Counted from the stretch's first letter, positions 28,736-41,046 are shown. The stretch is 64,000 nt of DNA from an uncultured Planctomycetaceae bacterium (GCA_963785305.1 CAWAUV010000005.1:512001-576000), one strand, 5' to 3'. Notes: generated from the letters alone by a model not told the origin. Translations and numbers: made by a program.

Positions 28736-30436
28736 TCAGGCAATGATCTCGCGGCGGCGGCGAACATAGTCCCAGAGCACGAACCGATCGAGATCGCGCC
28801 CGCCGGCGAAGAACACGCGTCCCTGAGTGCCTTGCGCCAGCCGCTGGGCAAACTGCACATCCTCGCGAGATTGCGACCAACTCGGCAATAAGAAGATGTT
28901 GATCGTCACGCCCTCGCGACGGCAGTGCTGGCCTTCGCGCATCGTGGCGACTTCGGTGCGCGGGTCGGGCGGATAGAGTAAAAACAGCTCGGGCCCCTCG
29001 AAGTGCGCGGTGGGCAAACCATCGGTTATCAGAATCACTTGGCGATTCGGCGTGTCTTGCGTGGCCAGGAATTGCCGCGCGAGTTGGAGCGCGTGCTGGA
29101 TGTTCGTGAAGTGCTTCGGAATGAACGCTTCGCTCGTGTCTTCGCGGCTCAGGTCGTATTTCCGCCGCACGATCGGGTCGAACACCGTGGGCGGATTCGG
29201 CATCAGCGACGCCACATCGCCCGGCGCCACCGGCCGCGCGAACGAAAACATCTGCAAGAACCGCAAGTAGTCGCCGGGGTACTCGCGGCGAATGAGGCCA
29301 TCGAGCGCCAGCGCCATGCGTTTGACATGAATGTATTGGGCGTCGTAGCGCATCGAGCCGCTCATATCCATCACGACCACGGTGGCGCATTTCGGCGTGT
29401 TGCGAGTGCGATGCACCACGATGTCTTGCTGCCCGAGCCGCACCGGCAGGCCCGGCCCCGAGCGCACCAGGGCATTGATCAGCGACTGGGGCATGTCCAT
29501 GTTGGCGATCGAATCGCCGAACTCATAGGGCTTCGTGCTCGGCAACTCGACGGCGCCCTCGCCCACGACCGGCCCTTGATGCCGGCCCGAACGCGAGGCT
29601 TGCAGCTCGCTGAAGATACGTTCGAGCAGCCGGCCCTGAAACACGCGGTAGGCGTGCGGAGTGAGCCGAAAGCCCTCGCGGCCGCGCTCGAGACCTTGTC
29701 GCTCGGCCATTTGCCGGAGCATCGTTTCGAGCTGCTCTTGAAATTGCTTGAGCTGCTCGACGGACTCGGGATCGGTCATCTCGGCGAGCTCCGACATGTC
29801 GATGATCGCGAGCCGCGCGGTCTTTGTCGCCTCGCGGAGTTGCTTCAGCAGTCGATCGATCGTTTCCAGCTCTTCCTTGACTTCGAGCGCTTGCGGCGGA
29901 GTGAGTGGCGCCCGGCCGGTGAAGGCGTAGCGGGCGGCGAGCTCGTCGATCTGGTATTTCTCGCCCAGTCGGGCAATGAGCGGCATTAGGCCCCGGGCAA
30001 AGTCCGAACGATCGTCGCCCGCCCGATACCAGAGTTGCTCGAGCTCGCGAATCTGCTCGTCGCGGAACGCGCGCTCGAAGAGCTTGGCGAGCCGGCCGGG
30101 CGGACGCAGTTCGGCGCCGGCGCGGCGATAGTTGTCGGCGACGGTTTGCCGAACGCATCGAGTTTCATACTTTTCGAGAATCTTTCGCTTACGCTCCTCG
30201 AGCATTTCACGGAGCGATTCAAGGCTCGGTCCCAGACCGGCGATTCGGCTAATGTCGAGCCGCACCGCGCTGGCAAGCTCTTCGTCGGTAAACTCGCGGA
30301 GCGATCCATACGCCAGCAGGTGCTCGAAGGCCGGCGACACCAAGTCGGGCGGGGGTTGATTCGGGCTCGGTATGTTTTGAGGGTCGTATTTCTGATACGT
30401 GTGGATAACTCCGCCCAACCGATCGGGTCGCGCCAT
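28736..30436 (-). CDS. VWA domain-containing protein
   Basis: MIDAS DMSGSM, TNIQHAL, ILITDGLPTAH. Confidence 0.85.
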   Translation of the reverse strand: MARPDRLGGVIHTYQKYDPQNIPSPNQPPPDLVSPAFEHLLAYGSLREFTDEELASAVRLDISRIAGLGPSLESLREMLEERKRKILEKYETRCVRQTVADNYRRAGAELRPPGRLAKLFERAFRDEQIRELEQLWYRAGDDRSDFARGLMPLIARLGEKYQIDELAARYAFTGRAPLTPPQALEVKEELETIDRLLKQLREATKTARLAIIDMSELAEMTDPESVEQLKQFQEQLETMLRQMAERQGLERGREGFRLTPHAYRVFQGRLLERIFSELQASRSGRHQGPVVGEGAVELPSTKPYEFGDSIANMDMPQSLINALVRSGPGLPVRLGQQDIVVHRTRNTPKCATVVVMDMSGSMRYDAQYIHVKRMALALDGLIRREYPGDYLRFLQMFSFARPVAPGDVASLMPNPPTVFDPIVRRKYDLSREDTSEAFIPKHFTNIQHALQLARQFLATQDTPNRQVILITDGLPTAHFEGPELFLLYPPDPRTEVATMREGQHCRREGVTINIFLLPSWSQSREDVQFAQRLAQGTQGRVFFAGGRDLDRFVLWDYVRRRREIIA

Positions 30437-31136
30437 GAACAGCTCCTCGCAAATCCTTCGAGTCACTCGAGTCAACCAAGGGCAATTAGGCTCCCTCACG
30501 CCACAACGCGCATCGCCCAATGCATCGTTTCGAGGCGTTTTCGCCACACGGCGCGGCGCCTCGGCGAGCGCGAGACTTCGACCCAAGAGGGCGAGAATTC
30601 CCCACCGCGCGCTCGACACCCGGTGGCCAATCGGCAACACAACGGCCAGTGAGAATTCCCCACGCCCAAATCGCCTGAGATTCATGGCGCCCATGAAGTT
30701 TAGACGACTCAGCGATTGCGGCAAGCCAGCGCGGCGGTCTGGCCGCCCCGGCTATCGAAGACGACGCTCGGGGAACTCGTTTGTCGGCGACGACTTGGCC
30801 GGAGCTATGTCGTTTTTTTCCACCAGCGGGCGTGGCATGCGATTTGCTTCCTTCGGTGTCTCGTGGCGACCAACGCCAAGTTGGCAGCCGCGAGAAATTG
30901 GCGGACGACACGCGAGCTAGAATCGGGGGGGCGGCTGGTGGGAATGTTGGAAACGATCGGGCCGCGACCCGCAAACTTTCCGTAACACGCGCCCGCGAAC
31001 CCGAACTGCTGGAAAGTGTCTTCCGTAGTACAAAGAAAGACGATTTCGCTTTTGGAAATAACCGCGAAAAACCGTACGATTCAATGGGTGGAGATTCACA
31101 CGACGAAATCTCCGCCGAAAACGGGGGAACAGAATC

Positions 31137-31349
31137 ATGAAAACGCCCGCGAAGACCAACGAAAAGCGGTTCCCGCCTGCCCCGCGAGACGAAGACGCCG
31201 CGCTGGTCGCTTTGGAATCGGCCTCGTTTCAAGTGTTCGAGCAATGGATGGACGGCGAACTTGATCGCCTGATCGCCCAGTGGATCCACGCGGCAGCCCC
31301 CAATGCCCAGCGCATCGGCCTGCTCTCGGGGCGATCTTCATCGAAGTGA
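31137..31349 (+). CDS. small hypothetical protein
   Basis: 70 aa ORF followed by a terminator. Confidence 0.5.
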   Translation: MKTPAKTNEKRFPPAPRDEDAALVALESASFQVFEQWMDGELDRLIAQWIHAAAPNAQRIGLLSGRSSSK

Positions 31350-31390
31350 GTTACGGCTTCGTAATTCTAAAACGCATTGCGTTGTAAAAG

Positions 31391-31414
31391 AGCCGGCCTA
31401 GCGCCGGTTTTTTT
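31391..31414 (+). terminator. intrinsic terminator
   Basis: CCGGC-loop-GCCGG stem followed by T7. Confidence 0.6.
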
Positions 31415-31712
31415 ATTGACTCATCGCTTGGTTTTGGCACGAGCGCGGCGGTGACGCCCATGCTCGACTGTCTTATTTCGGTTCTCATTATCGAACGCGC
31501 TGTGCGTTTTCGCCACAAGCGACGTGCTGTTCCGATGCAGCCCTCCGTTTTCTCGCGAGGCTCTTGGCCAATTTTCCTTGGTCTTTAATCGCGCAGTGTG
31601 GCCACGGAAGAGCACCCCGCATAGAATTGGCCAGATAGTGTACATGCGCGCCTGTCTCCACGGGCCATCGCGTTTTGAGTAGGGCCGGTCCGCGTCTGAA
31701 AGGAGGCGACCG

Positions 31713-32403
31713 ATGATCGTCGCATCGCCCAAATCGTTCGACGCGTGGCGGCTGGTCGCTCGCCGCCTGCTTGCGAGTGGCGTCGTGCCCGAGCAAGTCG
31801 AGTGGCGTCGCGTTTCGCCGCCGACGCCGTCACGAACAAGACACAGCGCCCCTTCGGGCCGATCGCGACTCGGCGGGCGGACCGAGCGGCCCAAGGTTTG
31901 GGTGGCGGTTCCGCGGGTGTTTCTCGAGTTGGCGAGTCTCGTGGCCTATCACCGTGATCCGGAGCGGTGGGACCTTTTGTATCGGGCGTGTGGCGTATCA
32001 CGCATGGCGAGCCCGACTGTTTTCGCGATTGGAATCCTGACCCTTCGGCGGACGACGGCGCGGAAGATCAGCTTCTGGCTCGGCTCGCCGCCATGGAGCA
32101 AGCCGTGCGACGCGATGCGCTTCGCCTCAAGCGGGCCGTTCGCTTTCGCGAAGTTCTGGTCGAGGGGCGCCGTGGCGCGTTGCTTGGCATCGGCCCGAGC
32201 AGCAGACGCTCCGCTTGCTCGCGCCGTATTTGCTTCGCCGGTTCCGCGCGTTTCGTTGGATTGTCATCACGCCCGACGAATCACTGGCGTGGAATGGAGC
32301 ATCCCTCGCGTTTGTTCCCGGTTATCCGCTGGCCGACGGCGCGCCGACCGAAGAGCAGTTCTCCGTTTGGCTGCGTTCGATCGAGGGCCAGAGCGTGTGT
32401 TGA
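31713..32403 (+). CDS. DUF4130/TIGR03915-like putative DNA repair protein (two frameshifts, short and divergent)
   Basis: SFDAWRLVARRLL, HRDPERWDLLYR, AVRRD, VRFREV, RRFRAFRWIVITPD..LAWNG across three frames; AGGAGG SD. Confidence 0.65.
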
Positions 32404-32436
32404 ACAATGCGCGGCGTCTGCTTTTTCAACGCGCGG

Positions 32437-34166
32437 TCAACGGTAGCTTTGCTCATATTGCCCGCCGCCATAGATCGGCGGCAGCGGCTCGGGCCGGCTC
32501 ACGTCGATCGGCTGCGGGCGCCCGAGACCACCGCTGCGATCGAACGCCAGAATCGAGGCCGGATAGCCCACGGCATGATACATGCGAAATTCCGCGCGAT
32601 TGTAATCATTGACCGCTTGATAATAGTTCTGATAAGCGAGCGCCAACTGCTCGATCGACAGCACCACTTCCGCGGGCCGGATCATCATCTGCAAGATGTC
32701 TTGAAAGCGAATGGTTTCCTTCACGCCCTTGATATTGCCCTCGAACGAGATTTGCGCTTGCCTCACGCCGGTTTCGGCTTCGGGAATGCGCTGCGCGGCG
32801 GAGATGAGCTCGGCATGCGCCTTCGCGATCTCGGCGGCCACGTCGTCTTGCACTCGGAACATTTCGAGCAGTTGTTGTCGCTGCTGGGCCGAGCGCTCGC
32901 GAATGAGCCCCGCGTTTCCAAAGCCCATGTTCTGCACGCCCCAGAGCATTTGCATTTCGACATCGTTTCGGAACTGATTAGGGCTACCGAGCCCATTGTT
33001 GCTCGACCCAAACAGACCACCCATGAGATAGCCGCCAGGCGCCGTGGGCACCGGGGCGCCTTGCAGCACCAAACTCGGCAACAGTGGGCGCAATCGTTCT
33101 TGTCGCAAGCGCAAGAGCGTGGCTTGCACCAACTGCCGCTGCGAAGCGAGTTCCGGACGGGTCGTGAGTCCGATTGGAATCAGCGAATCGACGGTTTCGG
33201 CCGGTGAGATAAACGTCACCTGCATATGGGGCGGCTCAAGCGGCACGGCCAGGGCGCTCGGGTCGAGCCGCAGCACCCGCGTGAGCTCGGCGCTCGCCAC
33301 GCCCCACGCTTCGCGGGCGCGCAAATACGACTGCTCGCGCGCCGCGAGATCGGCGCGGGCGCGATTGATTTCGATCGGTGGAACCAGCCCCTCGGACAAG
33401 GCGGTCACGGTTTTGACCAGCAGGCGCGCTTTCTCGACCGCGTCGGCGGCGCCGGCCATCAAACCCCGGGCCTGTTGCACGTTGAAGTAGGCCACGGCGA
33501 CTTGCAACATGGCATCGTTGCGAGCGCTTTGCACATCGTAGTCTCGCGCCGCCACCACTTGCCGCGCGGCCAGCGGCATGAAGATCGCATCGGTCGTCGA
33601 GACGATGCCGAGCGCGCCATAGCCGAGCAAGTACTGGTTGCGATCGTTGTCGAAATACCCCCCCGAACTCGCCTGTACTCCGCCCACATGGTTCAAATAG
33701 CCGGCGCCAAGGTTGATATCGGGCAACCACAAGGCCCGGGCGCGCGTAAGCTCGGCGGCCGCGGCGGCTTCGCTGGCCTGGGCGGCTTGGATCACGAGCG
33801 GGCGGCCGTTCGAGAGGCGCAGCGCCGTGGCCAAGTTGATCGGTAGGCCTCGTTCGCCGTCGCGAACATCATTCAAAGTGCCTGGCAGCCTCTGCATGCC
33901 ATGGCTGTCCATGCGCGGCGCTAGGAGGGAGCCATCGACCGGAGGGGTCGGCACATTATTCGCCGCGGGCGGACTCCAAGGCGGGCTCGCGGGCCCCGGC
34001 AGCGATTCGACGAATCCGGGCCCCGAGTCGTCGGCGCCGACCTGCGCAGGGCGCGACCGGCCATGAGCGCCATTAGAATCGTCATGACCGTTAGGAACAC
34101 TCGCGAGCCGCGCCCTCGTTCAAGCGGTGATCCCGGCAAGGTGGGGATGAACGAAAGACACGGCAT
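32437..34166 (-). CDS. TolC family outer membrane protein (N-terminal frameshift, start uncertain)
   Basis: PINLATALRL, ARALWLPDI, AYFNVQQA, RPEL, YNRAEFRM repeat architecture; divergent from RND genes. Confidence 0.82.
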
Positions 34167-34519
34167 AAACGACTCGCAACGGGAGTGAGGATCGCAAGGC
34201 GGGCGCTGATGCTCTTACCATCGACAGATTCCGTTTAGGCGTTGAAATGCTGGCGCCGAGAATCTATGGTACAATCCGACCTCCGCCGTCAGACTTTCGC
34301 TAGCCGGAATTTTGGCGCGGCGCGGCGCGGAAAACTGTGCGCGACCGACGAAATCCGCGCCATCGCGCTTGTCGGCGGCCCTAGCGCTCAACCGCGGTTT
34401 GAGCGGCCGTCCGACGCAAGCTTCTTGACACCGAGCGTCGATCTAACTCCCTAAGATGGACCGTGCGCCGCGGCATGCGACGGTCCGAAGGGTTTGAAAA
34501 TCGCAAGGCCCGCCACGAC

Positions 34520-37500
34520 ATGAATCCCATTGTCTTCGCAATGCGTCACCCCATCACGATGATGATGGTGGTGCTGGGTGTGCTGATTGCGGGAATCGTG
34601 GCGATTTTCACGATGCGGATCGATATTTTTCCGCCCTTCGATCTGCCGGAAATTTACATCGTTCAGACGTACAACGGCATGAGCCCCTCGCAAATGGAGG
34701 GGCTGATCGTAAACCAGTACGAGCTCAATTTCCAATACGTCAATGGAATCAAGGACGTCCAGTCGAAGAGCGTTCCGCAAATGGCGCTCATGAAGCTTTC
34801 GTTCTATCCGGGCACGGAAATGGGCCAAGCCCTGGGCGAGGTCGTAAGCCAAGCCAATCGAGCGCATTCGACGATGCCGCCGAGCGTGCTGCCGCCGCAA
34901 ATCATGCGGATGGACGCTGGCAGCTTTCCGGTGGGCTATTTGGTGCTCACGAGCGATACGGTGTCGCTTGGCATGCTGGCCGACATGGCCCAGCAGCGCA
35001 TCCGTCCGCTGCTTCAGGCCCACGTGCCGGGCACGGTGGGCACATCTCCCTTCGGATCGAATGTTCGCGCCATTGTCATTAAAGTCGATCTCGAGCGACT
35101 CCGCTCCTACAACCTCACGCCGAACGACGTGGTCGAGGCCTTGCGGACCGGCAACTTGGTGGCGCCGGCGGGCAACCTCTATGTACGCGATCAGATGCCG
35201 CTGGTGCCTTTCGACGCGATGATCGTCGACGTGCGGGATTTCGGCAAAATCCCGCTCCGCAAGGGGCGGAACGTCTATATCCGCGACGTGGCCACGATCC
35301 AAGACGCGACCGACATCAATTACGGCTATGCGATCGTCAACGGCAAGCCGCAGGTATATGTGCCGGTGGTCAAACAGAATACATCGTCGACGTTGACCGT
35401 CGTGTCGGACATCCACAAGACGATGAAACAATTTCAAGACGTGCTGCCCAAGTCGGTCAAGATCAGCTACGAGTTCGACGAGTCCCCCACCGTGAAGGAG
35501 TCGATCAAGAGCGTGGCCACCGAGGGCGCCATCGGCGCGATTCTCACCGGTATCATGATCCTGATCTTCTTGCACGATTGGCGCAGCGTGATCGTGGTGG
35601 TGTTCAATATCCCCATGGCGCTTTTGAGCTCCTTGCTCTGCCTCTGGGTCACGGGGGCCACGATCAACATCATGACGCTGGGCGGACTCGCGCTCGCGAT
35701 CGGCATGCTCGTCGACGAAGCGACCGTGTCGATCGAGAACATCCATGTGCAAATGGAAACGACCAAGTCGTTGGCTCGGGCGGTCGAGCGCGGAAGCAAC
35801 GAGACCGCCGTGCCACGACTCTTGGCGATGCTCTGTATTCTTTCCGTGTTCATCCCGGCCTTCATCATGGCCGAGCCGGTGCGGTCGCTCTTCGTGCCGC
35901 TTTCGCTGGCCGTGGGCTTCGCCATGATCGCCTCGTACATTCTTTCGAGCACCGTGGTGCCGGTGCTTTCGGTCTGGCTGCTCAAGCACCGCGGCGAATT
36001 CGAACATCCGCGAGATGAATCCAGCGAAGCACCGGACGACGCCAAGCACTCCGAGGAGCCGCGGGGCATTTTCGGCCATGTGCAGAAGCGTTTTAGCCGG
36101 GCCGTGTCGTTCATGGTCGATTGGCGCTGGTTGGTCGTGCCGATTTATCTCCTGGTTTGCGGCCTCGTGCTTTTGCTCGGCGCCTCGAACTTGGGACCGA
36201 ACTTTTTCCGCAAGTCGACTCCGGCGAATTCGAAATTCGCTTTCGCACGCCGCCCGGCACGAACTACGAGGTGACGCGCGAAACGTGGGTCCGCGCATTG
36301 AAGGTCATTGACGACGAGGCCAAGAGCGAAAATGTCCACATCTCGATGGGCTTCGCCGGTCAGCAGGCGCCTGACTTCGGCATGAACAACCTGATTCTGT
36401 TCATGCGCGGTTCCGATGACGGCGAGATTCGCGTGCAGTTCGTGCCCGGCTCCGGCATCAAGCTCGACGCCTTTCGCGAGACGCTCCGCGCAAATTGCCC
36501 AAGGAAATCACGCCCTGGCTCGAGAAACGCCTGGAGCGCGAAGGCTACTCTCGCAATGAGGCCGAAGCGCGGGCCTCGATGCTGAAGTTCGGATTCGAGC
36601 CCGGCGACGTGGTAAGCAAGGTGATGAGTTTCGGTTCGCCCACGCCGATCGAAGTGCGCGTCGTGAGCCACCAATTGGACCAAGCGCGCGAAATGGCCAA
36701 GTCCATCGAGCGCGAGATGAAGAAAATCAAATGGCTCCGCGATGTGCAAATCCAGCAGACGCTCGAGTATCCGTCGGTGCCCATCCACATCGATCGCGAA
36801 AAGGCCGGCCTCAGCGGCGTCACGGCCAAGGACGTGACCGATTCGATTCTCGTGGCTACCTCCTCGAGCCGGCTCGTCGAGCGCAATTATTGGCAAGACC
36901 CCAAATCTGGCCACACCTATCAAGTGCAGATCGAAGTGCCCACGACGCATATGAATTCCTCGGCCCAGGCGGAAAAAATCCCCATCGATGAAGTGGACTC
37001 GGGCCTGAACCTGATGCTCCGCGACGTGGCCAGCGTGGGGCGAGGCGCGGTGCCGGGCGAGTACGATCGCACCGCCATGCAGCGATTCATCAGCGTGACC
37101 GCCAATGTCGAGGGCGAGGACCTCGGCCGCGCCGCCAAGCAAATCGACAAGGCGATTAAAGACGCCGGCGCTCCACCGCGCGGGTGACGATCGAAAACCA
37201 CGGCCAAATCGCGCCCATGAAGGAAATGTTCAAGTCGCTCGGCATCGGATTATGCGTGGCCGTGCTCGTGATCCTCATTATGCTCACTGCCTACTTCCAG
37301 GCTTGGAAATTGGCCGTGATTTCGATCGGCGCCGTGCCCGGGGTGCTCAGCGGCGTGGTGCTGATTCTGCTGTTGACCGGCACCACGTTGAATATCGAAT
37401 CGTTCATGGGCACGATCATGTGCATTGGCGTGTCGGTGTCGAACAGCGTGATGCTCGTCACGTTTGCCGATCGCGACTGGCAAGGCGGGCTCCCATCGCA

Positions 37501-37900
37501 TGACGCCGCCAAGTCGGCCGCCAAGGAACGCCTGCGGCCGATCCTCATGACCGCCTGCGCCATGATCGTGGGCATGATTCCCATGTCGCTCGCGCTCGAG
37601 GCGGGCAGTCAAATGGAGGCGCCGCTCGGGCGAGCCGTGATCGGCGGCCTTTTGGTGTCGACGTTCGGCACGCTGCTGATGCTGCCGCCGATCTTCGCCC
37701 TGGTAGTCGGCAAGCAAAAGCCGGTGTCGCCCTCGCTCGATCCCGACGATCCCGGAAGCGAGCAATACGACCCCGAGGGCGTGAGGGAAAACGAGGAAAA
37801 GGCCAAAGAGGCAAAACAGGGCCAGGCGACAAAAGGCGATGAGAGGGCCGGCGATCGGGAAAACGATGGCGATCGCCCCGACTCGCGGCACGACGCGTAG
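34520..37900 (+). CDS. RND efflux permease, AcrB/CusA family (three frameshifts)
   Basis: RIDIFPPFD, GMLVDEATVSIENIH, PQVDSGEF, GVSVSNSVMLV, RLRPILMT across four ORF pieces. Confidence 0.9.
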
Positions 37901-38008
37901 CTCGGCGGCGTCGGCCAACAATCCGAATGGCGCCGAGCCCGGGATAACAAATGGGTAGCGCATGCGCGAGCCACGGAGCGCCACGCGAACAAGCTCCGGA
38001 ACCAGTTC

Positions 38009-39484
38009 ATGATCAAGAAACAAGTCGTCCCCGTGCTGGCCCTCGCGCTGCTGATGCTCGTTTCGGGCTGCGGCGAGAAGATGAAGCCCGCCCCGACCGA
38101 GCATGTCGACCCGGCGGTCAAGCTCGTGAGGCCCGAGCAGCGCACGATCGTGCGCCACATCGGCCAGCCGGCGTTTATCAACGCCTTCGAGCGCACCAGC
38201 ATGTATCCCAAGGTCGCGGGATTCATCATCAAGTGGAATGTCGATATCGGCGACCTGATCAAGAAAGATCAGGTGCTCTGCGAGCTCTATGTGCCGGAAC
38301 TCGAGGCCGAGGTCGAGCAAAAGAAAGCCGAAGTCGTTCACGACAAGGCAGTGGTCGAAGTCGCGCGGCAAATGGTGAGCGTGGCGCGAACCAAAATCGA
38401 AGCGGCCCAGGCCGATGTCGTCAAGGCCCAGGCCGACGTGGGCGGCTATCAAGCGCTTGTCGAGCGGTGGCAATCGGAAGTCAAACGGCTCACGCGAATG
38501 GCCAACGAAAAGGTCGTTGACCGGCAGATTCTCGACGAATCGGAGCGACAACTCAAAGCCAATATCGCGCAGCGCGACGCCGCCGAGGCCGCCATCAAGT
38601 CGGCCGAGGCCGAAGTCGAATCACGCAAGGCCGATCTGAGCAAGGCCCACGCCGATGTCGACGCGGCGGATGCGTCGACCAAAGTGGCCGACGCCAACTT
38701 GAATCGCGTGAAGGCGCTCTATAGCTACACCAAGCTCGTCGCTCCCTACGACGGAATCGTGATCGTGCGCAACGCCAACAAGGGCGATTTCGTGCAACCC
38801 GCCGACGGCGACCACTCGAGCGGCTCGGCTTCCCCCGGCGGCCCCGAGGCGCGCAATGCGCCGATTTATGTCGTCGCCCGCACCGATATCGTGCGCGTCT
38901 ATGTCGATGTGCCGGAAATGGACGCGAACAGCATTGTCCGCGGCATGCCGGGTCAGGTGCGCGTCGTGGCGCTCGACGACACCGAACTCACCGGTTCCGT
39001 GACGCGCACCAGTTGGGCGCTCGATTCGCAGACACGCACCCTACGGGCCGAAATCGATCTTCCCAATCCCGACGCGATGATGCTCCCCGGCATGTACGCC
39101 TATGGCGAGATCACGGTCACGCATAAAGACGTGATGGCCCTACCGCTCGGCGCCATCGTGGACCAGGGCGATCAGAAACTCGTGTACCTGCATGTCGATG
39201 GCATGGCCGAGAAGACACCCGTGCAAGTCGGCGGCAATGACGGCAAATATGTCGCGGTGAACAAGAAACAATCCCATGGCAAATGGGTTCCGTTCGATGG
39301 CCATGAAGAAGTGATCATGGGCACGATGTCGGAAATCTCGGATGGCGAAAAAGTTCGCGTGCGGCCCGACAAGGCGCGCATGAAATCCGAGAGTCCGTCG
39401 AATTCGTCGGATACCGGCGGCGACGACGAGAAATCGGAGAGCGATAAATCCGGCGGCGATAAGTCGGGCGATGGCGATAAATAA
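38009..39484 (+). CDS. RND periplasmic adaptor (membrane fusion lipoprotein)
   Basis: Lipobox VSGC, alpha-hairpin, APYDGIV, TRTLRAEIDLPN, PGMY. Confidence 0.9.
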   Translation: MIKKQVVPVLALALLMLVSGCGEKMKPAPTEHVDPAVKLVRPEQRTIVRHIGQPAFINAFERTSMYPKVAGFIIKWNVDIGDLIKKDQVLCELYVPELEAEVEQKKAEVVHDKAVVEVARQMVSVARTKIEAAQADVVKAQADVGGYQALVERWQSEVKRLTRMANEKVVDRQILDESERQLKANIAQRDAAEAAIKSAEAEVESRKADLSKAHADVDAADASTKVADANLNRVKALYSYTKLVAPYDGIVIVRNANKGDFVQPADGDHSSGSASPGGPEARNAPIYVVARTDIVRVYVDVPEMDANSIVRGMPGQVRVVALDDTELTGSVTRTSWALDSQTRTLRAEIDLPNPDAMMLPGMYAYGEITVTHKDVMALPLGAIVDQGDQKLVYLHVDGMAEKTPVQVGGNDGKYVAVNKKQSHGKWVPFDGHEEVIMGTMSEISDGEKVRVRPDKARMKSESPSNSSDTGGDDEKSESDKSGGDKSGDGDK

Positions 39485-39659
39485 AAAAGTTCGCGTGAAC
39501 TCGGGGCTTGCGGGTCCCGCGGGGCGAGCGTGGAACATTTTCGCGAGAAAGAATTGGCGAGCCGCGGGCGCCGCTTGCAATTTTGGCCGCCGAGCGAGAT
39601 ACTTTGCCGGTGCGCGGCGCGGAGATGTTTCTTGCCTCGCGCCGCGCAAGCTAGAACGA

Positions 39660-39733
39660 GCGCCCGTGGCGCAATTGGATAGCGCATCGGTCTTCGGAAC
39701 CGAGGGTTGCAGGTTCGAATCCTGCCGGGCGTA
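39660..39733 (+). tRNA. tRNA-Arg(TCG)
   Basis: Cloverleaf: GCGCCCG/CGGGCGT acceptor, D-arm, TCGGT-CTTCGGA-ACCGA anticodon arm, GGTTCGAATCC; CCA not encoded. Confidence 0.93.
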
Positions 39734-39826
39734 TTCACGGAATCTCGTCGCAAGGCCGCGTTGCGAGTTCGGGACGCGCGGCGTTCATTGCCAATTGTCT
39801 CGGGCTCGCTCGGAAGTAAAACGCAC

Positions 39827-40564
39827 ATGGCCGCCGCGCGTCACGATGGCCGCTCGCCCGATCAGCTTCGCCCGCTCACGATCACCCGTGGTTTCACACG
39901 GGCGCCAGCCGGGAGCGTGTTGATTCAGGCCGGTGGCACCAGGGTGCTTTGCACGGCGAGCGTGTCGCATCAGGTCCCTGCCTGGATGGCCGGCCAAGGC
40001 CGCGGCTGGATCACGGCCGAATACGCGATGCTGCCCGGCAGTACCCGCCCGCGCAAGGCCCGCGATGGCGCCAAGCCCGACGGTCGCGGCGTCGAGATTC
40101 AGCGGTTGATCGGCCGTAGCCTGCGCACGATTATCGACCTCGACCTCTTGGGCGAAAACGCGATCACGATCGACTGCGATGTGCTCGAGGCCGATGGCGG
40201 CACGCGCACCGCGAGCATCACCGGCGCCATGGTCGCGCTGGTCAACGCGCTGGCGACGATTCCCAATCTCAAAGCGCCGATTCGGGAAATCCTGCGCGAC
40301 AGCGTGGCGGCCGTCAGCGTGGGCATTGTCGATGGCCGCCCGGCGCTCGATCTGGATTATGTCGAAGACGCGGCGGCCAGCGTGGATATGAATGTGGTGA
40401 TGACCGGCCGCGGACAGTTTGTCGAAATCGGCGGCGCGGGCGAGGAAGCCACATTCGACGACGTCGAGCTCGCCGCGCTTCTGTCGCTCGCCCGCGGCGG
40501 CATCGCCGCGCTTCGCGCCCGGCAAGAAGCGTCGCTGGGGCCCCATTGGCCGTGGCGGAGCTGA
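39827..40564 (+). CDS. rph: ribonuclease PH
   Basis: RHDGR, GWITAEYAMLP, EIQRLIGRSLR, DCDVLEADGGTRTASITG. Confidence 0.95.
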   Translation: MAAARHDGRSPDQLRPLTITRGFTRAPAGSVLIQAGGTRVLCTASVSHQVPAWMAGQGRGWITAEYAMLPGSTRPRKARDGAKPDGRGVEIQRLIGRSLRTIIDLDLLGENAITIDCDVLEADGGTRTASITGAMVALVNALATIPNLKAPIREILRDSVAAVSVGIVDGRPALDLDYVEDAAASVDMNVVMTGRGQFVEIGGAGEEATFDDVELAALLSLARGGIAALRARQEASLGPHWPWRS

Positions 40565-40602
40565 GCGACTCGGCGGTGAAGCGTGGCGCTATTCAGCGTG
40601 GC

Positions 40603-41046
40603 CTATGGCTCATGCGGCCCTGGCGATTGCGGCCTCGACTTAGCAACTCGCTTGCGAATGAAATTCACGGTGATCGCCCCCAATCCCAAGCCGAGCGAGC
40701 CGCCCACGATATCGGCGACCCAGTCGTAAAAATCGCAGTCGCGGTCGACCAGCAACTGAGTCCATTCGTCGACCGCCCCATACGCGGCCACGGTCGCCAC
40801 CACCATTGCCGCGCGGCTCCATTTTGGCCCGGAGCGCAGCATAATCACCAGGGCCAGGAGCATGCCGAGCGCCCAATAGCCGTTTAAATGCAGCGCTTTG
40901 TCGTTGACGCCCAGCGTTTTTTCGGGCGGAATGCGAATATGCGTGCCCGTAAACAGCATGATCCAATACACGACGAGCACGACAATCGCCAGTCGCCAGA
41001 TCCACTGAAGCGAAGCGGCGGGATCGAGTTGGGATTCGGTGGCCAT
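40603..41046 (-). CDS. VanZ family membrane protein
   Basis: DKALH, YGAVDEWTQ, R.C...DWVADIVG. Confidence 0.85.
   Translation of the reverse strand: MATESQLDPAASLQWIWRLAIVVLVVYWIMLFTGTHIRIPPEKTLGVNDKALHLNGYWALGMLLALVIMLRSGPKWSRAAMVVATVAAYGAVDEWTQLLVDRDCDFYDWVADIVGGSLGLGLGAITVNFIRKRVAKSRPQSPGPHEP

Noticed and set aside
30593..30663. Possible degenerate CRISPR array (TTCCCCAC-containing repeat at 58-bp spacing)
   Set aside because: Only two 13-bp copies, no palindromic full-length repeat, no cas genes
39660..39733. tRNA as an island integration site
   Set aside because: No duplicated tRNA 3' end or integrase seen; flanked by housekeeping rph
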